Positions 1-12,700 of a DNA stretch of 64,000 nucleotides are shown piece after piece (the stretch's first letter is position 1; each line of letters starts with the position of its first letter). Origin of the DNA: Candidatus Wirthbacteria bacterium (GTDB lineage Bacteria; Patescibacteriota; CG2-30-54-11). Under the pieces are notes generated by a model that ran no database searches, had not been told where the DNA came from, and saw nothing but the letters and a program-made list of their open reading frames with translations. The stretch is from the NCBI GenBank assembly GCA_903889905.1, contig CAISZI010000042.1, positions 6,000 to 69,999 on the forward strand. The letters are read 5' to 3'. The translations under genes and the position numbers were made by a program.

Positions 1-539
1 TTACGCGCTGTCGTTTTTGCTGTTGCTACTGTTCCATGAAGCTCGCCGACGCGTGCATCTTTAAAACCAACTACTCCATCACGGACATCACGAGCAACTG
101 TTTTGACTGTTTCCACATCACTATGAATTCCTTCCTTCGCACTAGAGACAAAACCATCTTTAAACTGATTTAATCCATCACCTGCAGCTGTTATCCCTTC
201 ATTCACTTTGCGTCCAGCAAACTGGCGCAAATCTGAGCCAAGCATTGCTGCTCCAACTTCTATTACTTTATCTGGTACTTTTCGAACAGTACCGCTAACT
301 TTCGCCCTAAATGCTTGAAAGCGGTTTTTCCACCCAGCAATACGCTGTCTGCCACTTTCGACGGAAGCCAAATATGCTTCCTTTGCTGTCTCAGGCTGTT
401 CAGACCGTTGTTCTACAGGGGTATCCGCCTGTTCTTGAACTTCCTGTCTAATCGCCGGTTGTCTTTCAACTGGCTGTACCTGCTCTGGGACATCAGCTCC
501 AAATAAACGTGGGTCCATCCCCAAATCACTCATTGCCAT
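1..539 (-). CDS. Hypothetical protein, partial (runs off window start); acidic Gln/Pro-rich N-terminus then amphipathic helical repeats
   Basis: Not in the ORF track because no stop lies in the window. ATG at 539 with AAGGAG just upstream; frame open to position 1 (MAMSDLGMDPRLFGADVPEQVQPVERQ...GELHGTVATAKTTAR). Confidence 0.8.
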   Translation of the reverse strand, partial: MAMSDLGMDPRLFGADVPEQVQPVERQPAIRQEVQEQADTPVEQRSEQPETAKEAYLASVESGRQRIAGWKNRFQAFRAKVSGTVRKVPDKVIEVGAAMLGSDLRQFAGRKVNEGITAAGDGLNQFKDGFVSSAKEGIHSDVETVKTVARDVRDGVVGFKDARVGELHGTVATAKTTAR

Positions 540-656
540 TTTTTCTCCTTTTTTGTTTTTATAACTTTTTAATTTTTATGTGAATTACTAAATCTATATA
601 TTGTATCAAATTTTATGAGTTTTGACTAGGGTCGGCATTACCCCAGCTTCAAATGT

Positions 657-692
657 ATAAAAAAGAGTCCCGGTCGTCAGACCAGGACTCTT
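657..692 (-). terminator. Intrinsic terminator downstream of uvrA
   Basis: Minus strand AAGAGTCCTGGTC-TGAC-GACCGGGACTCTT followed by a T run; the single stem mismatch is a G-U pair only on the minus strand. Confidence 0.85.
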
Positions 693-718
693 GCCCAATT
701 CACCCCAAAAAAGTCAAA

Positions 719-3625
719 TTATTTGCTCCGCAGCACCTTTTTCAGGTATTCCCCCGTATAAGATCCCTTAGTCTCGGCAATCTGTTCCGGCGTTCCCTGC
801 GCCACGATGCGCCCGCCGTCGGAGCCGCCATCCGGGCCCAGGTCAATGACGTAGTCGGCGTTTTTGATCACGTCGAGGTTGTGTTCGATCACGATGATCG
901 TGTTTTTCTTGTCCACCAGGCGCGACAGCACGCCAAGGAGTTTCTCGACGTCGGCAAAGTGTAATCCAGTCGTAGGTTCATCCAGCAAGTAAACGGTTTT
1001 GCCTGTAGAACGTTTGCTGAGCTCACGGGCGAGCTTGATACGCTGCGCTTCCCCACCTGAAAGAGTTGTGGCAGCCTGACCAAGGCGAACATAGCCCAGG
1101 CCAACGTCCTGCAAAGTCAGCAGCTTCTCACGAATGGCGGGGATGTTGGTGAAAAAGTCATAGGCTTGTTCGACGGTCATATCGAGGATTTCGGCAATGC
1201 TTTTGCCTTTGTAGAGGATTTCAAGCGTTTCACGGTTATAACGGTGACCGCCACAAACCTCACAGGTGATGTACACATCAGGCAGAAAATGCATTTCAAT
1301 CTTGATAATGCCATCGCCGCGGCAGGCTTCGCAGCGTCCGCCTTTGACGTTGAAGCTAAAGCGTCCCGCTTTGTAGCCACGGATGCGAGCTTCGGGAAGC
1401 TGGGTAAAAAGGTCGCGGATGTAGGTAAAGGCACCCGTATAAGTCGCCGGGTTGGAACGCGGCGTGCGGCCAATCGGTGACTGGTCAATATCGATGACTT
1501 TGTCGATCAGGTGAATGCCCTCAAGTGCGGTATGTTTGCCAGGTTTTTCCTTGGATCGATAAAGGACTTTGGCTAACGCTTTGTGCAAAATTTCCTGAAT
1601 CAACGTGCTTTTGCCCGAGCCGGAGACGCCGGTAATGGCAATAAAGTTGCCCAGTGGAAAACGGACGTCGATATTTTTTAGATTATTTTCGGTGGCGCCT
1701 TTGATTTCCAACACCCGACGCGGGTTGATGCTGTGCCGTTTGCTTGGGTACGGGACTTGTTTGCGTCCGGAAATGTACTGGCCGGTCAGCGATTTGTCAC
1801 TTTGGGCAATGTGGTCTGGCGTGCCTTCGTCCACCAGATTGCCACCGTTTTCGCCAGCACCCGGGCCAATATCAATCACCCAGTCGGCCGCACGGATCGT
1901 GTCTTCGTCATGCTCCACGACAAGCAGTGTATTGCCCAAATCGCGTAAATTGCGCATGGTGACCAGCAGCCGGTCGTTGTCCTTCTGATGCAAACCAATC
2001 GATGGTTCATCCAGTACGTACAAGACGCCGCTCAGGCCAGAACCAATCTGCGTCGCGAGCCGAATGCGCTGGGATTCCCCACCTGACAAGGTATTGGCAC
2101 TGCGGCTCAGGGTCAGGTAATTCAAGCCCACCGAACTTAGGAACTGAAGACGTGCGATCACTTCTTTGAGAATGGGCTCAGAAATTTCTTTTTCTTTGGA
2201 CGACAGCGGTTCCGAGCATAAGTTGCCTTTGCGGTCACGCAGACAGGTTACCCAGCTCAGTCCATTGACTACGGACTGGTCGGTCAGTTCTGAAATATTA
2301 TTGCCACCCACGGTGACGCCCAGGACTTCTTTTTTGAGGCGCTGCCCGTGGCACTCGGAACAGGGTAACATGGTCATGAACTTTTCAATTTCGCCGCGCA
2401 CGTATTCGGATGTCGTTTCCTTGAGCCGGCGGCCCAGATTGGAAATGACACCTTCGTAAACCACATCATAGCTGTATTCGCGGCCGTTGCGCGTCTTCAT
2501 GGTGACGGAATATTCCTGATGGTCGCCCTCGAGAATCACCTTGATGTGATCGGGTTTGAGTTTTTTGATCGGATCGTTGATCGAAAATTTGTGCCGCTTC
2601 CCCACTTCCTTGAGCAGTGCCGTGTACCACGAATACGATTTGTCGGTACGGCTCCAGGGTAAAATCGCACCTTCGGCCAAGGTTAATTCTTTGTTCGGAA
2701 TCACCAGTTCCGGGTCCACCACCATCTGGCTGCCAAGTCCAGTACAAATCGGGCAAGCCCCGTGCGGACTGTTGAACGAAAACATGCGCGGTGAAAGTTC
2801 GGGCAAGCTAACGCCGCAGTAGACGCAGGCAAAATGTTCGGAATACAGGACATCTTCAAAAACCGTCTTGCCCGCCTTGTCGTGCACCTTGGCGATCACA
2901 ATCACACCATCAGTCATTTTGAGCGAAGCTTCGATCGAATCCGCGAGCCGACGGCGATAGTCATCCAGAGCAACCGGATCCGCCGTTTTTTCGGGCGCGA
3001 CCAATCGATCCACGACGATTTCAATCGTGTGTTTGAGGTTCTTGTCCAGATTCAATTCTTCATCTAAATCCCGTACCGCACCATCAATGCGGGCACGGAC
3101 AAAGCCCTGTTGACGGGCTTTCTGGAATTCACCTTCGTGCGTCCCTTTGCGATCCATGACAATCGGAGCCATGACCATAAACTTGACGCCGACTGGCATG
3201 TCCATAATCTGATCCACAATCTGTTGCTGCGTTTGCTGGGTGATTTCACGACCGCAACTCGGGCAATGCGGGTGGCCAATGCGCGCGTACAGGAGCCGCA
3301 GATAATCATAAATTTCGGTAACTGTCCCCACTGTGGAACGCGGATTGTGCGAGGTGGATTTCTGGTCAATCGAAATCGCCGGGCTCAGTCCATCAATGCG
3401 GTCGACATCGGGTTTGTCCATCACGCCCAGGAATTGACGTGCATAGGACGAAAGCGATTCCACATACCGGCGCTGGCCTTCGGCATAGATGGTGTCAAAC
3501 GCGAGGCTAGATTTGCCGGAACCACTCAGGCCCGTGATGACCACTAATTTATCGCGGGGAATTTTGACATTGATATTCTTGAGGTTATGTTGCCGCGCCC
3601 CATGGACGTGGATGAATTCAGCCAT
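719..3625 (-). CDS. uvrA: Excinuclease ABC subunit A
   Basis: [10 protein letters not shown] start, two Walker A motifs ([18 protein letters not shown]), LSGGE signatures, zinc-finger CxxC pairs, 968 aa. Confidence 0.99.
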   Translation of the reverse strand: MAEFIHVHGARQHNLKNINVKIPRDKLVVITGLSGSGKSSLAFDTIYAEGQRRYVESLSSYARQFLGVMDKPDVDRIDGLSPAISIDQKSTSHNPRSTVGTVTEIYDYLRLLYARIGHPHCPSCGREITQQTQQQIVDQIMDMPVGVKFMVMAPIVMDRKGTHEGEFQKARQQGFVRARIDGAVRDLDEELNLDKNLKHTIEIVVDRLVAPEKTADPVALDDYRRRLADSIEASLKMTDGVIVIAKVHDKAGKTVFEDVLYSEHFACVYCGVSLPELSPRMFSFNSPHGACPICTGLGSQMVVDPELVIPNKELTLAEGAILPWSRTDKSYSWYTALLKEVGKRHKFSINDPIKKLKPDHIKVILEGDHQEYSVTMKTRNGREYSYDVVYEGVISNLGRRLKETTSEYVRGEIEKFMTMLPCSECHGQRLKKEVLGVTVGGNNISELTDQSVVNGLSWVTCLRDRKGNLCSEPLSSKEKEISEPILKEVIARLQFLSSVGLNYLTLSRSANTLSGGESQRIRLATQIGSGLSGVLYVLDEPSIGLHQKDNDRLLVTMRNLRDLGNTLLVVEHDEDTIRAADWVIDIGPGAGENGGNLVDEGTPDHIAQSDKSLTGQYISGRKQVPYPSKRHSINPRRVLEIKGATENNLKNIDVRFPLGNFIAITGVSGSGKSTLIQEILHKALAKVLYRSKEKPGKHTALEGIHLIDKVIDIDQSPIGRTPRSNPATYTGAFTYIRDLFTQLPEARIRGYKAGRFSFNVKGGRCEACRGDGIIKIEMHFLPDVYITCEVCGGHRYNRETLEILYKGKSIAEILDMTVEQAYDFFTNIPAIREKLLTLQDVGLGYVRLGQAATTLSGGEAQRIKLARELSKRSTGKTVYLLDEPTTGLHFADVEKLLGVLSRLVDKKNTIIVIEHNLDVIKNADYVIDLGPDGGSDGGRIVAQGTPEQIAETKGSYTGEYLKKVLRSK

Positions 3626-3638
3626 TCCCAGTTACCCT

Positions 3639-3690
3639 ATCTATGAGCTAAAGCTTCATAGATTCTATCGCATAATAAGCGATGGAGCAA
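3639..3690 (-). promoter_or_regulatory. Candidate sigma70 promoter of uvrA with an overlapping palindrome
   Basis: TTGCTC (3690-3685), 17 nt, TAGAAT (3667-3662); inverted repeat ATCTATGAGC-TAAA-GCTTCATAGAT at 3639-3663. Confidence 0.55.
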
Positions 3691-3721
3691 GCATAGGATA
3701 AGGGAAAGTTCTGTAACTTTT

Positions 3722-6700
3722 TTAGAATTTTTGTCCAGGGGTGCTTGTAGCTTGTGACCAACGACGCATCAAGGTCACAGCTTCTGCGAGTCGGACTTTT
3801 GGTTCCTGCAAAATAGTGACTGTTTGATTACCAGTTTGTTCAATTCTTAAGAAAACATCGAATTCCCTTTTTTCACTGTCATATTTGACTTCGGTTACAT
3901 GCGTCACATTCTCTGGATAGCGTGCCAAAGTAAGCGCAACTTTATCGCTGTAGCGCTCTTTAAACATTTCAAAAGCCATGGAAGGTTCTTTGTGTAATAA
4001 CTCCTGCTGAGCTGTAAAATCACCTGTATTTCTATCTGCCTGATCTTCGTGCGGTCGCCGAGGTCCTGTTCTATCTGCACTGTATTCATCGTCCTGATTG
4101 ATATAGGTCAATAACGTATCTTGGAAAGTCAGAATATGGCTTCGGAATTCAATGATATCGTTAAGGTCATGCAATCTTGTTGCCAAACTGAGACGCTTAT
4201 AATCTGCCTCAAATCGATCGATCTCTTCCCCATGTTCAGCCCTCAAATTAGCATGATTATCCAAGATTGTGTTAACACCTCTCATTGGTCCAGCAAGGCC
4301 GGCAATCGCACGGTCAACCGTTTCACTGTTATCCTTACTAAAATTCTCGATACGTCTCTGAGCTGTCCTGATCGTGCCTGGCATGAGTGCTTCTTTATCT
4401 CCGGCAACAAATGTGCGAATTTGATCAGCTTGTTCAACGGTTATATATTCGTTTACCAAAGAAGCGGCAAGAACATCCAATAGATCATTCTTCTGCTGTT
4501 CAAAGTATGTAGTTGCGGCGGTTTCGATACTGACAGCAAGCTCCTCACATTCGGCGTCAGTTGCCTCCTCTTTGTCGATCAGCTGATTGGCATCGGCTGT
4601 CAAAGATTCATCTGGGGTCGATATTAACCACTTAATGTTTCTCGCCATGGTCATACGCAAATTATCTTTGGCCGTGGGTTGGGTCCGTTCAACTTCGACT
4701 TTACCTGCTCTACCACTTTCATTGATAATTTTGAGAATCTTCTTTGTCGCTTCACGCTTTTGGATAATCTCATCGTCACTGAAACGCAAAAAAAGTGTTT
4801 TATCGTTATTTATATTCTCTAATAATGAATCAGATCGATCATCCCCAGTTGCTTTACGTCTCTCTTTTTCTTTTATGGCATCTTCTACTTTTTCAAGTTT
4901 TGATTGTTTAGCATTAGCAAGTGCAGCAGTTTCAATTATCCTGATCACTTTCAGCTGATTTTCAATTTCAGATTCTGCCTCCAACCCAGCTTCCTGGGCT
5001 GCTTGTCTCAAACTCTCACTTGACATTGAATCCAACGCTTTTTCCATGATATCCACAGGATCTTTCCTTACTTCTGCCGACACTCGAGCACCAGGTCGTG
5101 ACAAGTTATCAACTAACTGGCCAAGTTGATACAACGTCATGTCATCCAGATTATAGCTAGGTGCTATACCCAAACTTTGTTCAAATTCAATAATCTGTTG
5201 CAATTTGGGAGTCACTATTGCCACCAAGGACTCACGGTTTGCAGTCGCATTAACAATTTGCTCGTTCGTAATTCTCTCAACACTGGCCAGTGGCAAACGA
5301 CCGATTGTGTTGCCAGTAGGGGCAATGGCCAAACGGCGTACAATTTGATTGTCGGCATGACCCATAACTACAAAATAGGAATTCCCGCCCTCTGTAACCT
5401 TGCAAACCGACTCTACACTGCCTCCCAGCAATTGTCGCAGTGATTCTGCCATCGTTGCCTCTGGCAAGCCAAGTTCACCTGCTAATCCCTGGCTACCAAA
5501 CATCTCAAACCGAATGTTTACATCCTCTGTTTCGGGTCTGAAGCTATCGGCTCCGCTGATTTGCTCCAGATCATGCAACAGAATTTCAAGACGCCCGGTT
5601 TCCTTGATCAAATCCTCTTCCGTCGCCTGACTGAGATCCAAGGAACTAAGTTGTAGCATCGGGATCCGATAAATCCCCGACACTTTACGCTGCTGCAACT
5701 CAAGGGAAACTCGCGCTACATCGCGGGGATTATCGGCATCAAACTCATAATCAATTTGGGCAACGGGTTCTGCAGTGAAGCGAATGCGGTTTGCAGCGGC
5801 TTTAATTTCGTTTCGCAATTTATCGACTCTCGCATGTAAATCCTTATTAGCTTGGGCAATACGATCCTCTGAATCGTTCCAGCCTGGATTAACTTTTTTC
5901 CAGAGTTTGCGGAGACGACGTTTACGCTGCGAGGGATTATTTAAATGAACACTTAATTCAGCATTCACTGCCTCCAACAACGGCGTCCCAATGATGCGGG
6001 CACGCGCCAGGATTGTTCTTTCAAGCAATAAAAATTCCTGATCTGATGGATCTTCAGGTAAACGGAAATCGACAATTTCCGAACCACTTTCACCGCGAGC
6101 ACTGATTTGTTCATTTAATCCGTTGATCAAATTATCAATCTCCACAAGTGTTGTTGCCCGGTTAAACTCAGCACGGAAGTCAGTTGTGTCAATTGGTTCT
6201 GCCAAGCCCTCGGCAACCTGGACCAGTAATCTAAATCTATCTTGGGAGACTTCCTTCCGACGGGCTTTTTCTGCGGTAATCACGGCTTCAAACTGGGGAA
6301 CAGCCTGCCAAAGCTCAGTCACGGTTCCAGTACTGGCCAGAGAGTCGGCTTCTAAGCGAATTTCGGGAATACCGAGAACATTCGCTTCATTAACAAGTCG
6401 TTCAATTGCCTGTTTGGCATCTGCAACTTGCGCCGCATCTTCGGCGTCAATTTCTGTACGCATCTGACGGATAAACGTTCTCGTTGCAGCATGATCAGCA
6501 AGGGCAGCAGTATCGCCTAATCGAGCTGTCACCTTGGCATGAATGGAACCATAAGTGGGACGAAGCCGCTCTTTTTGCGTCACTTCGGCGTTCAAATCAT
6601 CCAAGTCTACACGAATTTTGAGTTCCGTTCTGAAATTCTCAATAGCCCCTTTGGTAGCGTCAATATCTGCCATCCTGACTGGATTAGTGCTTAACAACTC

Positions 6701-9700
6701 CAATTGTGCCGTAATGTCGACAAAGTTTCGCCCCCGAGCTTCTTGCTTGAGTGTTGCGAGCACGGCCATATTGCGCAGGTATTCCGGTAAATTCTCAAAG
6801 TATTTGATATCATGTGCACGTTTTTCGAGAAATACCTGTGTTGCCTTGTAATCTTCCATTTCAGCCGCATTACCGAGTCTAGCCTTAAGTTGATTGGCAA
6901 TCACCAGATATCCGTGGGCTTCGGCATCTCTGATTAGCTTGGCGATTTTGAGCGGATTTACAGCGCGGTCAATCACCTCAATTTCAGTTTCAATTTCCTT
7001 AAGTGTTGCAGAATCTTTTTTGGTGTCAACGAAGCCGATCGCTCGTATTAAATCGATCGATTGGTAATTCTTGGCTTCAATGATGTGATCCAATAAAACC
7101 TGCCTTCTTTGTGCTTTGACCGAGGTCATTTCGTTCTCGACTGTTTCATCCAGGTAAAATTTAATCGCATTTTCCAGCTTTATGCTTTCAATATCGGTAT
7201 GCTCAACATTCGCCCCATCTTTAGTTGTATTTGAGATTACTTTTACATCGTATTTTTGGCCAGCAGCATCCCACAGCACTTCGACTCGGACATCCTGTCG
7301 CTGTAAGGATAAAACATACAAGTTAAGTTCCCGCTCTATCGTTGGCTTGAGCAATTCAGGATCAGCATTAATTTCTTCAGCCGCATGGACAGCAAGCATC
7401 GTTCCTTGCTTGCGTTCGCCGGTGAACAACGCAATAGCGCCCCTGCGCTTTTCGGTTGCGATCATTCCTTCAAGCAAATTTACCACACGCCAGTTTTCGA
7501 CAACATCTGTTGACGCGGCAACGCTATCACGAACTCTGGTAACATCTGCTTCAATTTTGATACGAGTCCCTTCCGCGACCAAAGTGTCGATTGTTGCTTT
7601 GACATGTCTAACTTGCCTACTATCTTCAGTGACTACAGTTTCTCTGGCCCATTTAGCAAAGGCAACCATTCCATCATAATCCACAAGATTGTCTGGATCT
7701 TCGATATGTAATTGAATAGTATCGTTAATAATATCATAATCTGACTTCTCACTATCTGGGACTATCGTTAATTTCCTGAAGATATCCTTGCTGATTACTA
7801 AAATTTCAATGCGTACCTGCAAATTTTTCTTTACCTTTTCAATAGCTTCCTTGATAGGCTCAATTGGCTCTTCTTGAAATATATCTGATTTGAGTTTGAT
7901 TAACTGGTCTTCTAAATCCTTGTAATGAAGTTTGTGAGCAGAAACCAACAAAGGTTCTATTGTTTCGGTTTGCTTCTGTGCCTCGACACTGTAATCTGTC
8001 AACGACTTGGATAGTTCCGCGGAAATTTGCGTCAGGAATGCCCTGGCCTTGGTTAAATCTCCAGTATTGGCAGGATCAGCATTCCAAGTAGTAATCTTGT
8101 CGGCAATCTCCGTTTTGTGCTTTGTCCGAGCAAGCCCGAAAACGGCTTCCAATCGCTTCGGGATCCACCCCTTGTCCAATTTATCAAGTGCAGCCTGAAT
8201 TTCGGACAATTTGGCTGTTGCCATTTGCTCGTTAACAAATTTAGTAATATCGGCAATCAAAGCTGCATCCAAACCAAGCACATTGGCTTCAGCAAGTTTA
8301 CTCGCTATTTCTTGCTGAAGAGCAGCCTTTTTTTGAACAGCATTGACTTCGACATCTTCAAACCGATAGAGTTTAACCGCTTCCTCAAGCCCAATAGAGT
8401 CAACATCAATGTGAGCGTTGTCACGCAAATCTTTTGACTCAACACGGATGACATATTTTTGCTGAGCTTTGACCCAGGTTACCTTGACTTTAATATCATG
8501 ACGTTGCGATGATTCCACATAGTCAGTGACATCGGCCTGAATACCAGCTTCCAGTGATGCAGGTTCCTGCCGAATTTCTTCAACACTTTTAGTGGGAATA
8601 TTAGCGGGCCTGGAAGGTTGTCTGTCCTCAGCAAATAACTGCAAACCACTTCTGAGCCGATCCACTTCTGCTTCTGCCGCCATGCGAACATCTGCACCAA
8701 TACCAGTGGCTGCAGGCAATTTAAGCAGTGCTATTTCCTTGAAAGCCGCAAGTAAATCATTACCACTAATTGTAAGTTCTAGATTCGGCATTTTGACAGC
8801 TTGAAGTTCAAGTCGTAAGTCAAAATCAAACGTATCGGACTTATCATCGTACGTAATTGAATTAATTTCGAATTTGCACGTACTTAAATCAATTTTCTCT
8901 CTTCCCGATTCCTCATAAAACTTAATAATCACTTCTAAATGATCATTTGAGAGACGTATAACGTCCTGCAGAGTTAATTTCTTCAAATCTTTGGGTATTT
9001 CGCCAAAGGATCTGGGCTGAGTTGTTGCAAATTTTCTTCCGAATGCCAAATCACGGTCATTGGCAATGGTGACGACTTCATCCGTTACTCTGGCACCCCC
9101 TTTAGGAGATTCACTGGCATTGGTAGTATTCGGCTCTTTGTAGCTCACTTTGACAGTGAATTCTTTGTGTACACGGTCGTAAGTCACCTCGCCGATGCTA
9201 ATGTCCTCTTTGCCATTATCAGTATAACGGTCTTCGATCAAATCTTTGATCAGATCTTCTGCTAATTCTGGTCGGGCATCGATTAGTGCGATCTGGTCCA
9301 GATTAGTCAATTGCAGGCGGTCGCTTTTGAGTAAATTAAGGCTGGATTTGGCCTCGTCCAATATCTGAGTAACCAAATTAAAATCCTCACGCTGCACTTT
9401 TGGGTCATGGATAAGGCGATCGGCGTTGTCCAATCTCGCCTGATCCACACCCCACCATTTGGCACGGACAATTTCCTTGTCTGCCTGGGCAATGAGATTT
9501 TGTTTCTGAACCTCAATCATGCTCTCGATAGCATCGGCGACCTGCAAGAAGGCTTTTTCACTTTGACGGTTGATTTGATAAAAAGCACCCTGAACGCTAA
9601 CTGGGTCAACATCCCATTCTTCAAGGGCGCGTTTTTTGACTTCGTCTAAATGCTTCGCCGCCGCCATGCGTGCATTGATCTGTTCCTCTACAGCCCAAAA

Positions 9701-12700
9701 CTCTTCGTATTTGGTAAAAGTACCAGCCAAATCACGCAAATCAACACCAAGAGCTTGAGCCTTGGTGATATTGTCGCGGTAACGTTGGACTAATTTTTTG
9801 TCCACATCTTCCGCAAGTTTCCTTTCGGCGGCGTTAAATGCAGTAAAATTGAGAAAATCGTCCGATTGCTCTGGTAAAGCCTTAACATCAATGCTCAGAC
9901 CGCCAGCCATTTGACGATCTCTTGAATAGGATTGCTTCAAAATGGCTGACTGTAGAGCCTCGTGTTGCGTCTTCAGCACCCCAACATCAGTACTCGGAAC
10001 GAGTGGTAAATGCAGTGCATCGAGGCTAATGTTTAAACCCTGGGCGATTTTGACGCGCTCGATGTAAGCCGATGCGTCATCTGTCCCGGCAACTTCAAAA
10101 CCACGCCGGCCCAAAGAATGCGCCGACCCGGCCAAAACTGCTTCTACTTGAAAATTAACTGCGGCTTCCCTGGCAACGCCTTCTGTCCCAACCTTAAGAT
10201 AGCGGCCATAAATGTCCAAAGCTGATTCTAAATCGTAAACTCTTGGAGTGGAAATCACGTCTTTGACAATGGGCGCTTTGATTATTTCAGCTTTCAGCGG
10301 TACAGGAATCGTCAATTTGTAAGAAGATGTAACTTTGAAAAAATACTTTTTAACGATTGGAGCGGTACCAAACGTTTTGGTCTCAATCTGTACATCTACA
10401 TGGGGATCTGTCCCACCACGTGCTTGAATATCAACCATTTCTTTGTCTACAATCGCTTGTTTGAGATCGTTGAGTTGGTTGGGATCAGCTTCAATTGCCA
10501 ATTTCTTATCAGCTTTGAACTTATTGTAGGCAGCGCCTGACAGGCTGAGCGCACTTTCGCTAACGAGTGTTAGCGCGTCTGTCTTTGCCTTGTCGAGTTT
10601 GCGATAGGCCGTCAGCAAACTTTCCTTTGACGCCACTTCGTCAATGTCTGACATGTTGATGCCGGCGGCAAGGCGGATTTCTGGCGTGAAACGAGAATCT
10701 TCCAGCACCGCTTGCTTGAGGTCTTGCAATTTGCGGCGCCAAAGTCTGCCGTCGTAATAACTGAGACGCACTTTGGATAGTTCTGCTTGGAGCTCAGCCA
10801 CCGATAACTTTTTATTGGCCTTTATTCTTGCAACTTCCGCCTTGGCAGCGTCAAAATCATGATCACCGCCAAAAGTACTTACCAAGTAGTCCAATGAGGC
10901 GATAACTGGCGCTTTGGCCTCCGCATCAAGCCGCATCGCCTCGCGCACTGCTTCAATTGCATCCCGAACTTCGGGTACCGGGGTCTCGGTCATCGGATTT
11001 GCCAACAGCGTCAACGCGTCACGTGCGGCCGTCAATTTTTTTTTGCGATCGCTAAAGGCCTGTTTGGCCACTGCTTCGGTGGGAGCTTTGTCATCGGTCA
11101 TTTTGGCTAATTCAGCATTAATGCCTTCAACCGTCACGCCCATCCCCAGTGCTTCATGGCGGAGCTTTCGACCCAATCCCTGAACTGTGTTAACCTTTTT
11201 GCATTCAGAACGCAATACATCCAATTGCATTTGGAGTTGATACAAATTGACATTTTCAGTTTGGATGCCGGGCTCATGACGAATTTGGACACGCGTAAAG
11301 TATTCCGTATCCAGTTTTCGTAATTCAGCTATGGCGGCTGCTCGACTTGATTGATTATGTTTGAGTTCTTTTATGGTGCGAGCCTCAACAATGTGGAATC
11401 CAATCAATTCCGGCTTGGTCAAGTCTGGTGTTCCTTTGATGGCAATCACCCAGCGCTTATCCAAAGCGGCATTCGGTGGGGAGCCGGCATCTGGCTGGGA
11501 AAGAATGAAAAACTCAAAAGTAGGGCTTTGGACATGCTGGACAAAAGGCAACCGTTCCATTTTATTGGCTGGTAGTGAACCGGCGTCTGCCAAGACCTGG
11601 TTGATGTTTTCCAGTGAAAGCGGAAGACCCAGCCTTGCGGAAAGCGCAAAAAGAGTCGATGCTTTAGAAGTCGCTTTTTTCTTGTCATAGGTGACACCAC
11701 CAATATTCTCCATCAGCCCATTAGCAGCGTTTTCTTGCTCATTTTGATGGGCTGCAATACCAGCTTTAAATTTTTCGTATGCAGCCTTACCAGCATCAGC
11801 GGCAATCAGCATCGATAAATCTTGGTCTTGATGAAACTTCTGACGATTACTTTCGAGTGTGGACTTTAGCGCTTCCTCGACACATATTTCTATTCTTGCC
11901 TTGGACTTGTCAGTACTCAGGGATAATTGCCGGTCAAGTTCATTAACAAACTCAGAGTCATATAGGACAGTGCCAATCAATGGTCCCTCATTGAGATTAT
12001 TTTTTCTGGCAACCGTTAAAAAAGCCAACATTTCAGCTATGCCTTTGTTAGGAGATGCGTCCAATTTGTCAATCAACTCGGTCCGCACTTTTGGATGAAA
12101 AACGGCGTTGAGCTGGGATGCGACCTCCGATTCCATAGCATTATGGGCAACTTTACTCTGGGCATCGCGCATGGCTTCAACCATTCTACCTTCGGCTGCA
12201 ATTTTATTTCCACCTGCTGTGGTCACAATTTCCCTGTCAAAGCCCAAATTGACGTGATGTTCAGTCTTGATACGTAAATAGGATTTTGCACGACGGATGG
12301 CGTCACCAATGGCAGAGCTGCCATGGTGGTGAGTTCCTGGGCTCACAAGGGATTCAATTTTGCCCAGGTAAATGCCCAATTCCAGATATGTATGAATGCT
12401 GGTATTTTTGCTCTCGTCAACAGATTCAAAAAGCGCTTTGATGTTTTCTTCCGAAAGTACTGTATCGATGAACTGCTTGAAATGGGCATAAACAAGATTA
12501 TCCAGCTCGGGAATACCGGATTGTTTGTCTTTGATAATATCAACAGCATCCCGTAATTTATCAATGACATCAATCGTCTTGAGCGGGTCAACACTCGAAG
12601 CATCCAGTTTAGCGAAGGCATCATTAAACTTATTGAGTGGGTGTTTGTCCAGGAAACTTTTGATTTTGTCTCTCAGACCCTCTAATTTTGACTCATAAGT

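Noticed and set aside
315-506. 63-aa plus-strand ORF
   Set aside because: Antisense to the minus-strand ORF starting at 539, which has an RBS.
11036-11044. A9 coding-strand homopolymer in the giant gene as a phase-variation site
   Set aside because: In frame (RKKKL) and unremarkable in a Lys-rich 9.8-kb gene; no read data to show slippage.
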